NCBI GenBank assembly: GCA_965215195.1
Contig: CBDCDC010000002.1
Location: 4,416,001 to 4,480,000, forward strand
Direction of reading: 5' to 3'
DNA: 64,000 bases
DNA from: Candidatus Latescibacterota bacterium
Lineage (GTDB): Bacteria > Latescibacterota > UBA2968 > UBA8231
Below are positions 61,379 through 64,000 of the stretch, in pieces. The stretch's first letter is position 1, and each line of letters opens with the position of its first letter. The notes beneath the pieces are model-generated. The model had not been told where the DNA came from. It was given only the letters and a program-made list of their open reading frames with translations, and did no database searches. Position numbers and translations under genes: made by a program.

Positions 61379-61408
61379 GTCCTGCCGACTTCACCGCGCC
61401 TTTAGGCG
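61379..61408. repeat. 30-bp dispersed repeat, copy 2
   Basis: Identical to 28044-28073. Confidence 0.75.
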
Positions 61409-61441
61409 GGACAAGGCAGGGTGCAGAGGCGCGACAAGGTG

Positions 61442-62029
61442 TTAGGTAAGCGATGGGTGCTGCGCCGCTTCGCGCAAGGCGTGCAAAAAGACGGCTGGAT
61501 CGGCCGGGCCGAGCAACAGGGCATGGGAGCCGTGCGTTGGAATGTACACGGCGTGCGGCGCACCCGTGTAGAAAACGTGCCCCTTCTCCCCGCTGCACAG
61601 ATGAAACGCCCCTCCGTAAAAGAAGAACGCGCTGATGGCGAAAATTTTGGCTCCGGGCCGATATTGGGGCGCGGCCGGCAAATCCACGACCCGGGCCTCC
61701 TCCACCTTTAGCTCGTTATAGGTGAAGTGCTTGCCGTGGGCGCTGTTGCGGATGAGCAGATGCTCCGCTAGCAAGACGAAATCCGTGCGGCGGGCACTAA
61801 AATAAAACCAAGTGAACACCGAGAAAAATATGATCAGCATCAGCGCGTAAGACGAGCCCAAAGCCACGGGCGCGGCGAGGCGGGCGACCGGGCCATCCGG
61901 GTCAATGGCGGCGTAGAGCGCGAGGGTCAGCACGGCGAAAAAGGCAGTGGTCGCGGCAAAAGACGCGGCCAGCACTTTGCCGAACAGGGCGGTGGACGGC
62001 GGGTGGATGGGAAAGATGCGCGGTTCCAT
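61442..62029 (-). CDS. hypothetical membrane protein with bacterial PH-like domain
   Basis: Two TM segments then a beta-rich region ending LLLGPADPAVFL. Confidence 0.55.
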   Translation of the reverse strand: MEPRIFPIHPPSTALFGKVLAASFAATTAFFAVLTLALYAAIDPDGPVARLAAPVALGSSYALMLIIFFSVFTWFYFSARRTDFVLLAEHLLIRNSAHGKHFTYNELKVEEARVVDLPAAPQYRPGAKIFAISAFFFYGGAFHLCSGEKGHVFYTGAPHAVYIPTHGSHALLLGPADPAVFLHALREAAQHPSLT

Positions 62030-62031
62030 TA

Positions 62032-62880
62032 TCAACTAGCCTTAATAAGCACCAAACCCCCGACGATGGCGAGGATGCCGGTCACCTTGAGTAGGGTGAG
62101 CCGCTCGTGGAGAAAGTACCAACCAAGGAGTGCCCCGAGCACTACCGAGGACTCGCGCACGGCGACTATGTAGCCGACGGGGCCTTGGGTATAGGCGTAG
62201 AGAATCAGGAGATACGTGCCCAGCGAGGCCACGCCAATCAGAGCGATAGTTTGCCAACGGACGCGGGCCGTCGTCAGCAGCCCCGCCCCGTACCGGCGCA
62301 CGACCCAAGGCACGCGCACGAGGGTGCCGATCAGCCACATGCCGGCGATGTAGTAGATCGGTTGCACGTAGCCAACGCCTATTTTATCCACCAGCGAGTA
62401 GCAGACAATCGTTAGCCCCACGCCCAAGGCGAGCTGCAAGCCGCGCGTCTGCTGCTTGAGGGCTGGGGCCCCCAAGCAGAAAATCCCCGCCAAGACCGCA
62501 GCGATGCCGCTGGCACCCAACAGGGAAATGTCTTCGCCCAAGGCCAGCCACGCGGCTAGCGCTGTCAGCCCCACGCCCGATCCGCGTGCGACTGGATAGA
62601 CGAGGGAGATTTCGCCGTGCTCGTAAGCCTCGGCCAGCAGGGTGAAGTACAGCGCGTGAATAATGCCCGTGGCCACGAGGCAAAGGACGCCTCGCCACGA
62701 CAGGGTTGGCGGTGCGCCCTGCCACCAGGTGTACGCGCAAAGCAGGACGGCGACTAGCGCCCCAACAGCTACGGAGAGCCAAAGTACTGCCGCATCGCCA
62801 GCGGCTTTGCGGGCGGCGAAATTCCACAAGGCGTGCCCGACTGCGGCCGTCAATACCAGTCCCCAAACTTCGGTGCTCAC
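62032..62880 (-). CDS. EamA/DMT family transporter
   Basis: HALWN, GEISLVYPVARG, YSLVDK and RESSVV motifs; about 10 TM segments. Confidence 0.88.
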   Translation of the reverse strand: MSTEVWGLVLTAAVGHALWNFAARKAAGDAAVLWLSVAVGALVAVLLCAYTWWQGAPPTLSWRGVLCLVATGIIHALYFTLLAEAYEHGEISLVYPVARGSGVGLTALAAWLALGEDISLLGASGIAAVLAGIFCLGAPALKQQTRGLQLALGVGLTIVCYSLVDKIGVGYVQPIYYIAGMWLIGTLVRVPWVVRRYGAGLLTTARVRWQTIALIGVASLGTYLLILYAYTQGPVGYIVAVRESSVVLGALLGWYFLHERLTLLKVTGILAIVGGLVLIKAS

Positions 62881-63030
62881 GCGCTACCCCTCCCTTTGTA
62901 GCAAGTGCGGGGATCATAGCAAGAGAGAAGGATTAGGGCAACCAGTTGCCGCGCCTGAATAGGGCGGCAAGCCGCAACCCCTTGCTGCGGTATATCTTGC
63001 GGGCTAGATTTTTTACCCATAGGAGCGATC

Positions 63031-64000
63031 GTGACTACAAATCTACCTGCGTTCGCCGACGTAGAAGCGGCACAGAGCCTAATCGGCGCACACCTCGCGC
63101 CGACGCCGCTGGTCCACTGCTCGAAGCTCTCGCAACTGCTGGGCTGTTCCTACCACGCCAAGTGCGAGAACTTGCAGCCCGTGGGGGCCTTTAAGGTGCG
63201 CGGCGGCGTCAACCTCATCGGGCGTTTGTCCCCGGCCGAGCGGCAGCGCGGCGTCATCAGCGCGAGCACTGGCAACCACGGCCAGTCGCTGGCGTACGCC
63301 GGCCGGCTCTTTGGTGCGCCGGTGACCATCTACGGGCCGGAGCGCGTCAGCAACCCGGCCAAAGTCGCGGCCATGCGCGCCCTCGGCGCAGAAGTTCACC
63401 TCTTTGGCCGCGACTTCGACGAGGCGCGCGAGGAAGTCGAGCGCGTGGCGCACAGCACGGGCTGTCGCTACGTGCATTCGGCCAACGAGCCGTTGCTGAT
63501 TGCCGGCGTGGGCACCATGGGCTTGGAGATTTTTGCCGCCTTGCCCGAGGTAGAAGTGCTGATCGCGCCCGTAGGCGGTGGCAGCGGCATCTGCGGCAGC
63601 GCGCTCGTCGCTCGCCACCTAAACCCGGCCGTCGAGATCATCGGCGTACAGTCCGCAAGCGCACCCGTCTGCTACCGGGCTTGGCAGGAGCGGCGGCTCG
63701 ACGTGGCGGCCCCCATGGCCACGCGGCACGAGGGGCTAGCCACGCGCGTACCCTTTGCGATGACCACGCGCATGATGTGGGCGCTCGTCGATCGCTTTGA
63801 ACTCGTCACCGACGAGGAGATCGACGCGGCCATGGGCCTGCTGGCGCGGGAGGCCAAACTGGTGGCCGAAGGAGCTGGGGCCGCATCATTAGCCGCGGCC
63901 TTAAAGATTCGCAAGTCCTTGGCCGGCAAAAAGGTCGTGGGCATCCTCAGCGGCGGGAACGCGCCCGCCGAGCATTTGGCGCGGATTTTGCAGAACGGTT
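63031..64000 (+). CDS. threonine/serine dehydratase (PLP), runs off the window end
   Basis: Read manually from GTG 63031 after AGGAG: KCENLQPVGAFKVRGG, ASTGNHG, PVGGGSG, EGAGAA, ILSGGN. Confidence 0.88.
   Translation, partial: MTTNLPAFADVEAAQSLIGAHLAPTPLVHCSKLSQLLGCSYHAKCENLQPVGAFKVRGGVNLIGRLSPAERQRGVISASTGNHGQSLAYAGRLFGAPVTIYGPERVSNPAKVAAMRALGAEVHLFGRDFDEAREEVERVAHSTGCRYVHSANEPLLIAGVGTMGLEIFAALPEVEVLIAPVGGGSGICGSALVARHLNPAVEIIGVQSASAPVCYRAWQERRLDVAAPMATRHEGLATRVPFAMTTRMMWALVDRFELVTDEEIDAAMGLLAREAKLVAEGAGAASLAAALKIRKSLAGKKVVGILSGGNAPAEHLARILQNG

Overview
GC-rich (visually about 60-65%) bacterial chromosomal window with about 55 CDS and no rRNA, tRNA or CRISPR array that I could see. The gene mix resembles marine sponge-associated heterotrophs such as Latescibacterota/Poribacteria-like lineages (inference only): sulfatase, two PhyH dioxygenases, sugar isomerases and dehydratases, FG-GAP/CRTAC1, TPR, an LRR surface protein and a form II cox cluster. 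Core and metabolic genes: glnS-like, dapL, nadA, msrB, eda, pgl-like, coxGSLM with mocA, flotillin/NfeD, hsp20 under a sigma54 promoter, and a threonine dehydratase running off the end. Defence-like loci: a lower-GC type II restriction-modification pair, an AbiEii-like toxin with a tiny partner, and a DUF1998 helicase fused to an RNase H-like exonuclease. Most notable: (1) a three-copy MITE family, each copy with a perfect 9-bp target-site duplication and a REP-like internal hairpin, one nested in a deleted IS982; (2) a small RHH-like gene coupled to nadA, with direct repeats over its promoter (candidate NAD-biosynthesis regulator); (3) a GlnRS with a degenerate HIGH motif; (4) a DegT/isochorismatase/twin-deacetylase operon; (5) heptamer microsatellites, an exact 437-bp tandem duplication and several internally deleted genes.
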